Shown here: piece after piece, positions 54,952 through 64,000 of the stretch
Layout: each line of letters starts with the position of its first letter
Numbering within the stretch: the first letter of the stretch is position 1
From: Minisyncoccota bacterium
GTDB taxonomy: Bacteria > Patescibacteriota > Minisyncoccia > Phycocordibacterales > CALRHW01
DNA length: 64,000 nt
Direction: 5' to 3'
NCBI GenBank assembly: GCA_046350795.1
Contig: JAXLZT010000001.1
Location: 181,780 to 245,779, forward strand
Notes under the pieces: generated by a model
What the model was told of the DNA's origin: nothing
Seen by the model: the letters and a program-made list of their open reading frames with translations, nothing else
Databases searched by the model: none
Program-made: the position numbers and the translations under genes

Positions 54952-55572
54952 ATGAATAATCTGATCATTGAACAAAATAAGAAGCTTGCATTTATGTCGG
55001 CCTTTTTTCTTGCACTTTGTATTTTTTTAGGCTACGTAGTATCAAGAGGAATTTTTTCTATTGATCAGGCTGTGCAAGACAGCGTGGTGTCTTTGAGAAA
55101 TGATTTTTTGAGCTCTATTTTTATTATCATCACAAATATTGCTAGCCCACTTTTTTTGCAAATTTATTCTATTGCTATGTTTTTGTTTTTAGTTTGTTTC
55201 AACAGACTACATGAAAGTGTAAATTTTGTTGTCTCAATGTTTGCGGGTATGGTTTCTTTTTTCGCAGTAAAGTCACTTTTTGAGATCAGTCGGCCTCTCG
55301 ACAAAATAACAAACGCAACGGGTTGGGGTTTTCCCAGCGGACACACCACACTCGCAACTATTGCCTTCTTGCTCACTATCTATTTTTGTAAAGATTTAAT
55401 AAAAAAAGACGCTTATAGAAAAATTTTTGTTGAATTTTTTGCTTTGATCATTGCGCTGATTGCTGTCAGTCGAATATATCTAGGTGCACATTTTTTAAGC
55501 GATGTTATAGGTGGTTTTTTTCTCGGTCTTGCTATAGTTCTCATTTCTGTTATTTTTGCTAGAACGAAATGA
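54952..55572 (+). CDS. PAP2-family phosphatase (undecaprenyl-diphosphatase-like)
   Basis: KxxxxxxRP...PSGHTTLAT...SRIYLGAHFLSDVIGG. Confidence 0.75.
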   Translation: MNNLIIEQNKKLAFMSAFFLALCIFLGYVVSRGIFSIDQAVQDSVVSLRNDFLSSIFIIITNIASPLFLQIYSIAMFLFLVCFNRLHESVNFVVSMFAGMVSFFAVKSLFEISRPLDKITNATGWGFPSGHTTLATIAFLLTIYFCKDLIKKDAYRKIFVEFFALIIALIAVSRIYLGAHFLSDVIGGFFLGLAIVLISVIFARTK

Positions 55573-56417
55573 AAACACTTTTAGATGGCAGGGTGGCTAG
55601 GAACTCTATTGTTTTGGAGCTTAAAAATTCCATTTCTATTTTAAAAGCTAGATTAAAACTTGCTATTATTCAGGTCGGGGACAAAGAAGAATCAAATAAA
55701 TATATAAATCAGAAAAAACTTTTTGCAGAAAAAATAGGGGCCGAGGTAATACATATAAAACTTCCGGATGATTTTTTGGAAGAATCTGTGTGTGCTCAGA
55801 TTGAAAAATTAAATAAAAATGATTCTGTGCACGGTATTATTGTCCAACTTCCATTACCAAATAGATTAGACAAAAATATTATCATTCAAAAAATAGATCC
55901 GATAAAAGACGTTGATGGTCTCACCTCGATAAACACCAAGCTTCTCTGGAGCAATCAAAAAGGTCATATGCCAGCGACCGCTAGGGGTATCATCACTTTA
56001 CTTGATTACTATAATATTGAAATAAAAGGAAAACGTGTGGTGGTCGTGGGCCGATCAGAATTAGTCGGTAAACCAGCCGCACTCGCTCTATTAAACAGAG
56101 ACGCCACTGTAACAATCTGTCATCTCGCTACGTCAGATATTATGTCGGAGACAAAGAGAGCTGATATTTTGGTTGTAGCTGCTGGTGACCCAGAGTTTGT
56201 TGCCAAGGATTTTGTGAGAGAGGGACAAGTGGTAGTAGATGTGGGTATTAGTGTTTTGCCAGACAAGAGAGTGGTGGGCGATGTTAAGTTTGGTGAAGTA
56301 AGTGAGATAGTGGACGCTATTTCTCCGGTACCAGGAGGTGTGGGACCAATGACAGTGCTTTCTTTATTCCAAAATTTGTTTGATGCGTATATGATGATGG
56401 TAGATAAAGATTATTAA
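55569..56417 (+). CDS. folD: Bifunctional 5,10-methylene-THF dehydrogenase/cyclohydrolase
   Basis: GKRVVVVGRSELVGKPAALALLNRDATVTICH. Confidence 0.85.
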   Translation: MKTLLDGRVARNSIVLELKNSISILKARLKLAIIQVGDKEESNKYINQKKLFAEKIGAEVIHIKLPDDFLEESVCAQIEKLNKNDSVHGIIVQLPLPNRLDKNIIIQKIDPIKDVDGLTSINTKLLWSNQKGHMPATARGIITLLDYYNIEIKGKRVVVVGRSELVGKPAALALLNRDATVTICHLATSDIMSETKRADILVVAAGDPEFVAKDFVREGQVVVDVGISVLPDKRVVGDVKFGEVSEIVDAISPVPGGVGPMTVLSLFQNLFDAYMMMVDKDY

Positions 56418-56432
56418 TTAAAATTTAAAAAT

Positions 56433-57233
56433 ATGTTTAATGAAAATACGGTGATGGGTAAAAGAATGATCAACCTTGCTAGTGTTCTCGCTATTTTTCT
56501 CATAGTTATTTTGGGTATACATATAGTGAAGTCTCTTGGCTCAAGTGGGCACAAGGGTGGATATGGCGAAACAAAAAATACTATTGTTGTGGCTGGAAAA
56601 GGTGAAGTAATAGCTATTCCAGATATTGCAACGATTAATTTTTCTGTAGTAGAGCAGGCTACAACTGTGTCAGAGGCGCAAAATAAAGCCACTGCAAAAA
56701 TGAATAAAGCACTCGACACGCTCAAAGGTCTTGGTGTAGAAGAAAAAGATGTAAAAACTATAGACTATAGTGCATATCCTAGATATGAGTATCTAAGTCA
56801 GGTGTGTACAATGTACAGCTGTCCTCCATCAGGTACACAAAAGCTGATTGGATATGAAGTGCGACAAAGTATAATGGTAAAAATTAGAAATATTGCTGAT
56901 GCAGGTAAGATTCTTGGAAACATAGGTGAGACGGGGGTTTCTGATATTAGCGGACTCAACTTTACAGTTGACGATCAAGATGCAAAAGTACGTGAAGCAA
57001 GAAAGTCTGCTATAGATGATGCAAAAGAGCAGGCAAAACAACTCGCAAAAGATTTGGGCGTGAGACTTGGTGACATTGTAAGCTTTAATGAATCAGGTAA
57101 TTATCCTATGCCCATGTATGCGGTAAAAGATATGGCAATGGGTATGGGTGGATCTGCCGAATCTGCTCCACAACTTCCTGCAGGTGAAAGTAAAATTACA
57201 TCAAACGTAACTATTGTTTACGAGATTAAATAG
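56433..57233 (+). CDS. SIMPL/DUF541-domain secreted protein
   Basis: ...TIVVAGKGEVIAIPDIATINFSVVEQATTVSEAQNKATAKMNKALDTLKGLGV... Confidence 0.65.
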   Translation: MFNENTVMGKRMINLASVLAIFLIVILGIHIVKSLGSSGHKGGYGETKNTIVVAGKGEVIAIPDIATINFSVVEQATTVSEAQNKATAKMNKALDTLKGLGVEEKDVKTIDYSAYPRYEYLSQVCTMYSCPPSGTQKLIGYEVRQSIMVKIRNIADAGKILGNIGETGVSDISGLNFTVDDQDAKVREARKSAIDDAKEQAKQLAKDLGVRLGDIVSFNESGNYPMPMYAVKDMAMGMGGSAESAPQLPAGESKITSNVTIVYEIK

Positions 57234-57361
57234 TTTTCAGTAAATAAAATAGCTCTCTTGCTAAAGCGCTTCGCTTACTCGCTCGAGAGCTATTTTGTTT
57301 GTGTCATTTACATATTCATTGGTAGGTTGTATTCTCAAGTACAGAAAGGAGGTCAAATCCC

Positions 57362-57964
57362 ATGGGAATTGATCATGAAGAAGACATGAGACGCCGGAGG
57401 GATCTCAAGAATCCTATGCATTTGTATGCATACTTGAGAAGTTTCGATGTTCCTACCACGACATGGGGTCGTGGTTCTGCAAAGACGTTTGATCATCTGC
57501 ACAGGGAAATCGTGGCAGGTGAGGCGTTTTTGGTAGAGGACGGCAAAATCCTTGTGCGTGAGATTCGGCTGGTCAAGGTGGCCGTCTTTTACAAAGCCGG
57601 GGACGGGAAGGTCTTGCAACTCTGTGAGGAGAAGCAGGTCTTTAAAAACGGACGAGTGCGTATTCGTGGCTTCAAATATATTGGTGAAAAGATGAAGCCG
57701 GGCGAGCACTCAGGTCTCGCTGCACTTCGCGCCATTGCCGAAGAGCTTGGTGTTGTCGAGGGGATTACACTTCTCGATCACAAGACGAGCAGTCCGTCAC
57801 CAGAGTTTTCAAAGTCCTACCCGGGACTGATGACTCGGATCGTCGAAGAGTCCTTTACAGTGTTTATGCCACACAACCTTTACAAGCCAGAGGGCTACAA
57901 GGAGGAACAAGAAGACAAGACGACTTACTTTGTGTGGCAAGAAGTCGAAACACCCCCGCAGTGA
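57362..57964 (+). CDS. Hypothetical protein; GC-rich gene
   Basis: 200 aa, no domain recognised. Confidence 0.4.
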   Translation: MGIDHEEDMRRRRDLKNPMHLYAYLRSFDVPTTTWGRGSAKTFDHLHREIVAGEAFLVEDGKILVREIRLVKVAVFYKAGDGKVLQLCEEKQVFKNGRVRIRGFKYIGEKMKPGEHSGLAALRAIAEELGVVEGITLLDHKTSSPSPEFSKSYPGLMTRIVEESFTVFMPHNLYKPEGYKEEQEDKTTYFVWQEVETPPQ

Positions 57965-58088
57965 GACTCTCGTCTTTTGGCGGGGGTTCTCATTTGACAC
58001 ATTCATTAAATAGAGTATTATTGTATCTGTAACCGCCTTCGGGCGTTTTTTCTTAGAAAAATTCAGGGCAGTAAAAACAAATAAAATT

Positions 58089-58268
58089 ATGAAAATCATC
58101 GATTATATCAAGGAAACAAAGGGTGAACTCAGACATGTGAGCTGGTCTACAAGACGCCAGACTATTGTTTATACATCTATAGTTATTTTAATTTCAGTCG
58201 GAGTAGCTTTCTTTTTAGGTTTTTTTGATTTTGTTTTTACAAACATTTTAGAAAAGTTTGTCATTTAA
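58089..58268 (+). CDS. secE: Preprotein translocase subunit SecE (59 aa)
   Basis: Own translation MKIIDYIKETKGELRHVSWSTRRQTIVYTSIVILISVGVAFFLGFFDFVFTNILEKFVI; below ORF-track cutoff; immediately upstream of nusG. Confidence 0.75.
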   Translation: MKIIDYIKETKGELRHVSWSTRRQTIVYTSIVILISVGVAFFLGFFDFVFTNILEKFVI

Positions 58269-58272
58269 AAAT

Positions 58273-58818
58273 ATGTCACGACAAAAAATACAAGAAGGGC
58301 GAAATTGGTATGTGATACACACATACGCAGGATATGAAAACGCAGTGATGCGAAATCTAAAACAGCGTATCGAGTCTCTAGGAATGGAGGATAAGATTTT
58401 CAACGTAATCGTACCCACAGAAAAAAAGATAAAAATAAAAGGTGGCAAGCGCGTAGAAGAAGAAGAGAAAATTTATCCAGGATATATTCTCGTAGACATG
58501 CTTGTGACTGATGATTCTTGGTATGTAGTGAGAAACACTCCTCGTGTTACAGGATTTGTCGGCTCTGGCGTGTATCCTGTACCTATTGATAAAAAGGAGG
58601 TGGACGATCTTTTCAAGCGAATGAATGCTGATACAGCAAAGCACAATATAGATCTTGCTCCAGAAGATGCAGTCAAAATCGTTGACGGTCCATTTAAGGA
58701 TCTTGAAGGAAAGGTAAGCCTAGTAGACAACGAGCGTGGCAAGGTAAAGGTGCTGGTGGCTATGTTTGGTCGCGAGACTCCAGTCGAGCTTGATTTCTTG
58801 CAAGTAAAGAAGATTTAA
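58273..58818 (+). CDS. nusG: Transcription termination/antitermination factor NusG
   Basis: RNWYVIHTYAGYENAV (NGN), C-terminal KOW ...KVKVLVAMFGRETPVELDF. Confidence 0.85.
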   Translation: MSRQKIQEGRNWYVIHTYAGYENAVMRNLKQRIESLGMEDKIFNVIVPTEKKIKIKGGKRVEEEEKIYPGYILVDMLVTDDSWYVVRNTPRVTGFVGSGVYPVPIDKKEVDDLFKRMNADTAKHNIDLAPEDAVKIVDGPFKDLEGKVSLVDNERGKVKVLVAMFGRETPVELDFLQVKKI

Positions 58819-58839
58819 TGTAAGGTAATTCACACATAT

Positions 58840-59262
58840 ATGGCAAAGAAAGTAACAAAAAAATTAAAGCTAGTTATCGCAGCGGGTAAAGCAAATCCGG
58901 CTCCACCTATTGGTCCGGCTCTTGGTCAGGCTGGTGTAAACATTGGAGAGTTTGTAAAGCAATTTAACGACAAGACCAAAGAGATGATGGGTGACATCGT
59001 GCCTGTAGAAATCTCTGTTTACGAAGACCGATCATTCTCTTTTGTCTTAAAAACACCTCCAGCTTCAAGTCTTATTCTAAAAGCTATCGGTGCAGAAAGG
59101 GGTAGTGGAACAAACAAGACAAAAAAGGCAGGAAAGATCAGTAAAGCAAAAATACGAGAGATTGCAGAAAAGAAAATGGTAGATCTAAACGCTCACGATC
59201 TAGATGCAGCATCAAAGATTATTGCAGGAAGCGCTAGATCAATGGGAGTAGATGTAGAGTAA
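58840..59262 (+). CDS. rplK: 50S ribosomal protein L11
   Basis: [35 protein letters not shown]. Confidence 0.9.
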   Translation: MAKKVTKKLKLVIAAGKANPAPPIGPALGQAGVNIGEFVKQFNDKTKEMMGDIVPVEISVYEDRSFSFVLKTPPASSLILKAIGAERGSGTNKTKKAGKISKAKIREIAEKKMVDLNAHDLDAASKIIAGSARSMGVDVE

Positions 59263-59271
59263 TATACAAAA

Positions 59272-59294
59272 AACCGCCAGAAGGCGGTTTTTTG
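59272..59294 (+). terminator. Rho-independent terminator (ACCGCC-AGAA-GGCGGT + TTTTTTG)
   Basis: Read directly after rplK. Confidence 0.75.
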
Positions 59295-59318
59295 TTTGGT
59301 ATAATTTAAAAAATAAAT

Positions 59319-59753
59319 ATGGAAATCAATAAACCAAAAGTGGGTGTGGGTGTGATGATACTAAAAGATGGAAAGGTACTTATGACCCGTCGTAAGGGTT
59401 CTCATGGTGCGGGGGAGTATTCTTTTCCTGGGGGGCATTTGGAGTACATGGAATCTTTTGAAGAATGTGCTGTACGCGAGACCTTGGAAGAGTGCGGTCT
59501 AGAGATAAAAAATATAAAGTTTCTTTATCTTACAAACGTAAAAAAATACGCACCAAAGCATTATGTGCACATAGGTCTGGTTGCAGATTGGGCAAGTGGT
59601 GAACCAAAGACGATGGAACCAGAAAAAGCTGAGGATTGGGAGTGGTTTCCTCTAAATAAATTACCGGAAGGGCCTATGTTTGAGTTTTGTAAGCTTGCAT
59701 TTGATTCATACAAGAGTGGCCGTAAATATTACTCTTCTGAGGATGATAAATAA
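59319..59753 (+). CDS. NUDIX hydrolase
   Basis: Nudix box GGHLEYMESFEECAVRETLEECGL. Confidence 0.8.
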   Translation: MEINKPKVGVGVMILKDGKVLMTRRKGSHGAGEYSFPGGHLEYMESFEECAVRETLEECGLEIKNIKFLYLTNVKKYAPKHYVHIGLVADWASGEPKTMEPEKAEDWEWFPLNKLPEGPMFEFCKLAFDSYKSGRKYYSSEDDK

Positions 59754-59830
59754 ACCAAAAACTAAACCACAAAAATTCTATCAGCAATAGTTTTGCCTTT
59801 ATTTTTGCACTTACGTATTATGTATACAAC

Positions 59831-60940
59831 ATGAATGAGAGAAGTAGCGTAAAAAAAATCGGTGCTCTGCCATATAAATCAATTTTAAAATTGGTTAAAG
59901 GTGGTTCGATAAAAAATGTTGTACAAGAAAACATAAAGCCCGCTTCTCTCGATCTATCTATTTCAGACGAAATTTACAAAGTTGAAGGAATATTCCAGCC
60001 AAAACCAACTGAAACTGTGCGTGATGTTTTGGCCCAGATAAAAAAGAGTCGTCACAACATAAAGAAACCTCTTGAGAGGGGAAGTATATATGTTATTAGA
60101 TTAAATGAAACCCTGTCTTTACCAAAAGATATCTATGCTTTTTGCAATCCAAAGTCTACTAGCGGAAGAATAGATACTCACGTGCGTTTGATAGCAGATG
60201 GAATGCCTAGATATGATTCTCTTCAAGCTGGTTTTAGTGGAGAAATTTGGATTTCTATAATGCCACAGTCTTTTCCGATACAGGTGTATCAAGGAGTGTG
60301 TTTAAATCAGCTTAGATTTTTTAATGCTGACACTCGAATATCTGAAAAACAGCTTGTTGAAATAATGGATGAGCATAAACTTTTATGGAGTAGGAAAAAT
60401 CAAAGCCCTTATGAATATTCTGATATAAAAATCCGTGACAATGACGGCTCACTAATACTCACTATAGATTTAGAAAGTGAAGTGCTCGGTTTTGAAAGTA
60501 TATCGTCTCATACGCCTGTCGATCTTTCAAAAATATCTTTTTATAATTCCAAGAAATTTTTTAAACCAGTTAAAAAAAGAAATGGCCACTTGTATTTAAA
60601 GAAAGATTCTTTTTATATTCTCTCGACATATGAGGCTGTGCGTGTGCCTCCTCAGCTAGCGTGTGAAATGTTGCCGATGGACGAGCGCAGTGGTGATTTT
60701 CGCTCACATTATGCTGGCTTTATTGATCCGGGGTGGGGATGGGGTAAAAAAGGAGAGGGAAAGGGTCGCCCGCTTACGCTCGAAGTACGTCCTTTTGAAG
60801 ATCTAGTGGTTCGTCAGGGACAGCCAATAGGTAAGATAAGATTTGAATATATGTCTGAGTTGCCAGAAAAAGCCTACGACAGTATTTCTTCCAACTATGT
60901 AGAACAGTCCGGCCCCAAATTAGCAAAGCATTTTAAATAG
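59831..60940 (+). CDS. dcd: dCTP deaminase, long-form (DCD family, ~370 aa)
   Basis: IKPASLDLSIS, dUTPase-like fold motifs; length matches the long 2'-deoxycytidine 5'-triphosphate deaminase family. Confidence 0.6.
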   Translation: MNERSSVKKIGALPYKSILKLVKGGSIKNVVQENIKPASLDLSISDEIYKVEGIFQPKPTETVRDVLAQIKKSRHNIKKPLERGSIYVIRLNETLSLPKDIYAFCNPKSTSGRIDTHVRLIADGMPRYDSLQAGFSGEIWISIMPQSFPIQVYQGVCLNQLRFFNADTRISEKQLVEIMDEHKLLWSRKNQSPYEYSDIKIRDNDGSLILTIDLESEVLGFESISSHTPVDLSKISFYNSKKFFKPVKKRNGHLYLKKDSFYILSTYEAVRVPPQLACEMLPMDERSGDFRSHYAGFIDPGWGWGKKGEGKGRPLTLEVRPFEDLVVRQGQPIGKIRFEYMSELPEKAYDSISSNYVEQSGPKLAKHFK

Positions 60941-60956
60941 TTTTGTATACGCAAAA

Positions 60957-61445
60957 TTATTTCTCAAAAGTTGTAAATGTGAGTCGGAAAGGAGTTTTTT
61001 CGTCTGCTTCGTGCACGACCTCGTCTGTTTTCTTCCAGTCGGAAAAATCTTGTAATGGAAAATACACATCGCCCTCAAACTCACCATCTATAAAAGTTAG
61101 ATATATTTTATCTGCATGGGGAATAAATTCTCTGTAGATTGTTCGGCCGCCGATTATCATTACTTCTTCATTTTTTGCTAGCTCTAGAACTGGCTCGATG
61201 GAATCAAACACTGTCACATCGTTTGTGTCCAATCCCGGCTTTAGCGGTCCTTTTGAGAGTACTATATTTTTTCTGCCCGGCAATGCTTTTCCTAGGGATT
61301 CAAAAGTCACAGCTCCCATCACTATGGTTTTTCCAAGAGTTTTTTCACGGAAAAAAGCCATATCAGCAGGAAGTTTTGGCCAAGGGAGCATTATTCCATT
61401 TCCTATCAAAAAGTTTTTATCTACTCCGGCGATAAGTGTAATCAT
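60957..61445 (-). CDS. folA: Dihydrofolate reductase
   Basis: MITLIAGVDKNFLIGNGIMLPW...VMGAVTFESLGKALPGRKNIVLS. Confidence 0.85.
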   Translation of the reverse strand: MITLIAGVDKNFLIGNGIMLPWPKLPADMAFFREKTLGKTIVMGAVTFESLGKALPGRKNIVLSKGPLKPGLDTNDVTVFDSIEPVLELAKNEEVMIIGGRTIYREFIPHADKIYLTFIDGEFEGDVYFPLQDFSDWKKTDEVVHEADEKTPFRLTFTTFEK

Positions 61446-61459
61446 TTTATTTCTTATTC

Positions 61460-62293
61460 TTATACAATCATCGGTGCTTTTATCTGCGGATGATGGTTGT
61501 AGTCTACAAGCTTGATGTCGTCCATTGTAAATTTATCTATATCTGTAACCTCGGGATTAAGCCAGAGTCTCGGTAGCTTCATTGGTTCACGAGAGAGCTG
61601 TTCTTTTACTGCGTCAAAATGCTCGTGATATATGTGCGCGTCGTTTAGTGTGAGAATACATTCGTGTGGTGTAAATCCTGTGACCTGAGCAACCATAGCG
61701 AGAAGCAGGGAATACGAAGCAATGTTGAATGGCACGCCAAGAAACATATCACAACTTCTTTGCATCATGTGTAGTGAAAGTTTCTTTTCTTCTGGGTTGG
61801 CAAAAAATTGAAATATAATGTGGCATGGTGGAAGCGCCATCTCATCGAGCTCGCCGGGGTTCCACGCGGTCACTATGAGTCGTCTGTCGTTTGGATCTGT
61901 TTTTAATTTTTCTACAACTCTTTTTATTTGATCAATTGTTGTGCCGTCTGGTTTTCTCCATTTTCTCCATTGAACGCCGTATATTCTACCGAGATCACCG
62001 GGAAATTTTGCTTTCGGTTTCCAGTAATCCGCTTCTGCGTTTGCTGTCCATATGGTTTTGTCTGTGCCGTTGAGTTCTCGTAGTCTGTTTTCGTCAGAGC
62101 TTCCTTCGAGAAACCAAAGTAGTTCACTTTTTACACCATTAAACGCAAGTTTTTTTGTGGTTACGGCAGGGAAACCCTCTTCTAGATTAAAGCGCATTTG
62201 TTTTGCAAAGAGTGCTCTGGTGACAGCGTTGCGCCCCTTTCTATCTACACCTTTTTCCATTATTTCCTTTAAAATGTCATTATAGATTTTCAT
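61460..62293 (-). CDS. thyA: Thymidylate synthase (ThyA)
   Basis: ...KSELLWFLEGSS...LPPCH (catalytic Cys motif LPPCHIIFQF). Confidence 0.9.
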   Translation of the reverse strand: MKIYNDILKEIMEKGVDRKGRNAVTRALFAKQMRFNLEEGFPAVTTKKLAFNGVKSELLWFLEGSSDENRLRELNGTDKTIWTANAEADYWKPKAKFPGDLGRIYGVQWRKWRKPDGTTIDQIKRVVEKLKTDPNDRRLIVTAWNPGELDEMALPPCHIIFQFFANPEEKKLSLHMMQRSCDMFLGVPFNIASYSLLLAMVAQVTGFTPHECILTLNDAHIYHEHFDAVKEQLSREPMKLPRLWLNPEVTDIDKFTMDDIKLVDYNHHPQIKAPMIV

Positions 62294-62319
62294 ATAAAAA
62301 TTATATCATTTATGATAAA

Positions 62320-63501
62320 ATGACCATAATGAAAGACAAACAGATAGAAAAACTCATAAAAGCAGAGGGAAAACGTCAGAAAAGTGTTATCAATCTCATA
62401 GCTTCAGAAAACTATGTTTCCGCTGATGTGCTCACGGCGCTCGGCTCAGAGCTGACCAATAAATACGCCGAAGGATATCCCGGCAAGCGCTACTATGGCG
62501 GGCAAGCTGTAGTAGATGAAATAGAAAATGTTTGTCGCGAGCGCGCGCTCAAGCTTTTCAAACTCGCACCGAAAAATTGGCATGTAAACGTCCAGCCACT
62601 TTCTGGCTCACCGGCCAATGTGGCAGTTTACACAGCTCTCGTATCTCCACATGGAAAAATAATGGGAATGAGTCTAGATCAGGGTGGCCATCTTACGCAT
62701 GGACACAAAGTATCTGTGACAGGAAAGTTTTGGAATCAGGTCGCGTATGGTGTAGATAAAAATACAGAGAAGCTGGATTATGAAGATCTAAAAAAAATCG
62801 CACTTGAACACAAACCAAACATAATCGTCGCTGGCTTTACAGCATATCCACGCACAGTTGATTTCAAAAAGTTTCGTGAGATTGCTGATGCATGTGGCGC
62901 ATATCTCATGGTAGACATGTCACACTTTGCTGGGCTCGTTGCAGGCGGTGCATATCCAAGTCCTTTTAAATACGCAGATGTGGTGACGACAACGGTGCAC
63001 AAGACTCTTCGTGGTCCGCGTAGCGCTATGATTTTTGTGCACAAAGACGATCGCGGTCTCGACAAACTCATAGACAAAGCAGTCTTTCCGGGAATGCAAG
63101 GTGGTCCTCATCTAAATCAGATAGCAGCAGTAGCCGTCGCTCTCAAAGAAGCAGACACACCAGCTTTCAAAAAATATGCAAATCAGGTAGTAAAAAATGC
63201 AAAGATTCTCGCAGATGAATTAAAAAGACTTGGTTGGAAAATAATTTCTGACGGCACAGATAGTCACCTCATACTCGTAGACACATGGATGAACGGAAAG
63301 GGGATTTCAGGTAGCGAGGCGAGCGCGCGATTAGAAAAAGCGGGAATTATTGTAAACAAAAATACTATTCCATACGAAACACGTTCACCATTTGATCCGT
63401 CTGGTATCCGGCTTGGCACAGCGGCGGAAACCACACGAGGAGCAAAAGAAAAAGATATGAAAATTATCGCGCAGAAGATAGATAAGATTTTAAAAAAATA
63501 A
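62320..63501 (+). CDS. glyA: Serine hydroxymethyltransferase
   Basis: LIASENYVSADVLTALGSELTNKYAEGYPGKRYYGG; PLP Lys region TTTVHKTLRGPR. Confidence 0.9.
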   Translation: MTIMKDKQIEKLIKAEGKRQKSVINLIASENYVSADVLTALGSELTNKYAEGYPGKRYYGGQAVVDEIENVCRERALKLFKLAPKNWHVNVQPLSGSPANVAVYTALVSPHGKIMGMSLDQGGHLTHGHKVSVTGKFWNQVAYGVDKNTEKLDYEDLKKIALEHKPNIIVAGFTAYPRTVDFKKFREIADACGAYLMVDMSHFAGLVAGGAYPSPFKYADVVTTTVHKTLRGPRSAMIFVHKDDRGLDKLIDKAVFPGMQGGPHLNQIAAVAVALKEADTPAFKKYANQVVKNAKILADELKRLGWKIISDGTDSHLILVDTWMNGKGISGSEASARLEKAGIIVNKNTIPYETRSPFDPSGIRLGTAAETTRGAKEKDMKIIAQKIDKILKK

Positions 63502-63512
63502 CGCCGGCAAAA

Positions 63513-64000
63513 ATGAAAAAAGGAAAATTTATAGTAATCGACGGAATAGATGGTTCAGGAAAAGCTACCCAGACTAGACTTTTGGTAGAAAGACTAAAAA
63601 AAGAGGGAGTGAAAGTAAAAACTATAGATTTTCCTAGATACGAGACCAACTTTTTTGGGGGACTAATAGGCAAATACCTCTCTGGTATTTATGGAGACTT
63701 TACACAAGTAGATCCGCGCGTGGCATCTGTGCTCTACGCAGGTGACCGTTTTGAATCAAGCAAAGAAATCCGCAAATGGATAGATAGTGGATATACTGTG
63801 GTAGCCGACAGATACGTGAGTGCAAATCAGATTCATCAAGGAGGGAAAATAGACAATCCAAAAGACAGAAAAGAATTTTTGGCTTGGCTCGACAAAATGG
63901 AATATGAAGTTTTCAGAATTCCTCGACCAGATCTGGTGATATATCTAGACGTACCATTTGAGGTCAGCAAAGAGTGGCTCAAAAACAAAATAGCCAAAAG
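63513..64000 (+). CDS. tmk: Thymidylate kinase, 5' part (runs off window end)
   Basis: MKKGKFIVIDGIDGSGKATQTRLLVERLK... P-loop; no stop in window. Confidence 0.8.
   Translation, partial: MKKGKFIVIDGIDGSGKATQTRLLVERLKKEGVKVKTIDFPRYETNFFGGLIGKYLSGIYGDFTQVDPRVASVLYAGDRFESSKEIRKWIDSGYTVVADRYVSANQIHQGGKIDNPKDRKEFLAWLDKMEYEVFRIPRPDLVIYLDVPFEVSKEWLKNKIAK

Overview
This reads as a low-GC bacterial chromosome segment, roughly 35-42% GC in the housekeeping genes by eye (not computed). The gene set is compact and small-genome, which is consistent with a CPR/Patescibacteria-like organism; that is an inference from gene content only. Core genes include tyrS, ruvC, a yebC-like gene, ruvB, ruvA, polA, tsaE, fpg, rpsT, rplS, secE, nusG, rplK, type IV pilus genes pilB/pilM/pilN/pilO, a folate/dTMP block, and seven tRNAs.

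Three features stand out.

1. A roughly 12.5 kb integrative element sits at the 3' end of tRNA-His (about 35.95-48.5 kb). It is bounded by a 531-aa large serine recombinase whose C-terminus overlaps the tRNA. Its cargo is a CsoR/RcnR-family repressor with a near-perfect GC-tract operator palindrome, a CopA P1B-type ATPase, YHS/TRASH, DUF305 and HMA-membrane proteins (a copper-resistance module), plus a membrane-anchored NERD nuclease-domain protein next to a large nucleotidyltransferase-fold protein (a candidate defence pair).

2. A roughly 10 kb accessory tract lies between the tRNA at 20056-20127 and tRNA-Ser. It holds lexA divergently paired with an operon of small tail-anchored membrane paralogs (candidate SOS-induced division inhibitors or toxins), a gamma-class N6-adenine methyltransferase with a convergent putative endonuclease, a SWIB-domain protein, an HD (SpoT-like) hydrolase and a P-loop-kinase-CYTH fusion with plant TTM1/2-like architecture.

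3. At least nine isolated single genes are visibly GC-rich (roughly 50-58% by eye) and sit among AT-rich core genes, each with its own terminator. This suggests repeated acquisition from a high-GC donor.

A 169-nt intergenic element closed by a 27-bp stem between pilB and ruvB is a candidate structured ncRNA. No CRISPR array was seen.
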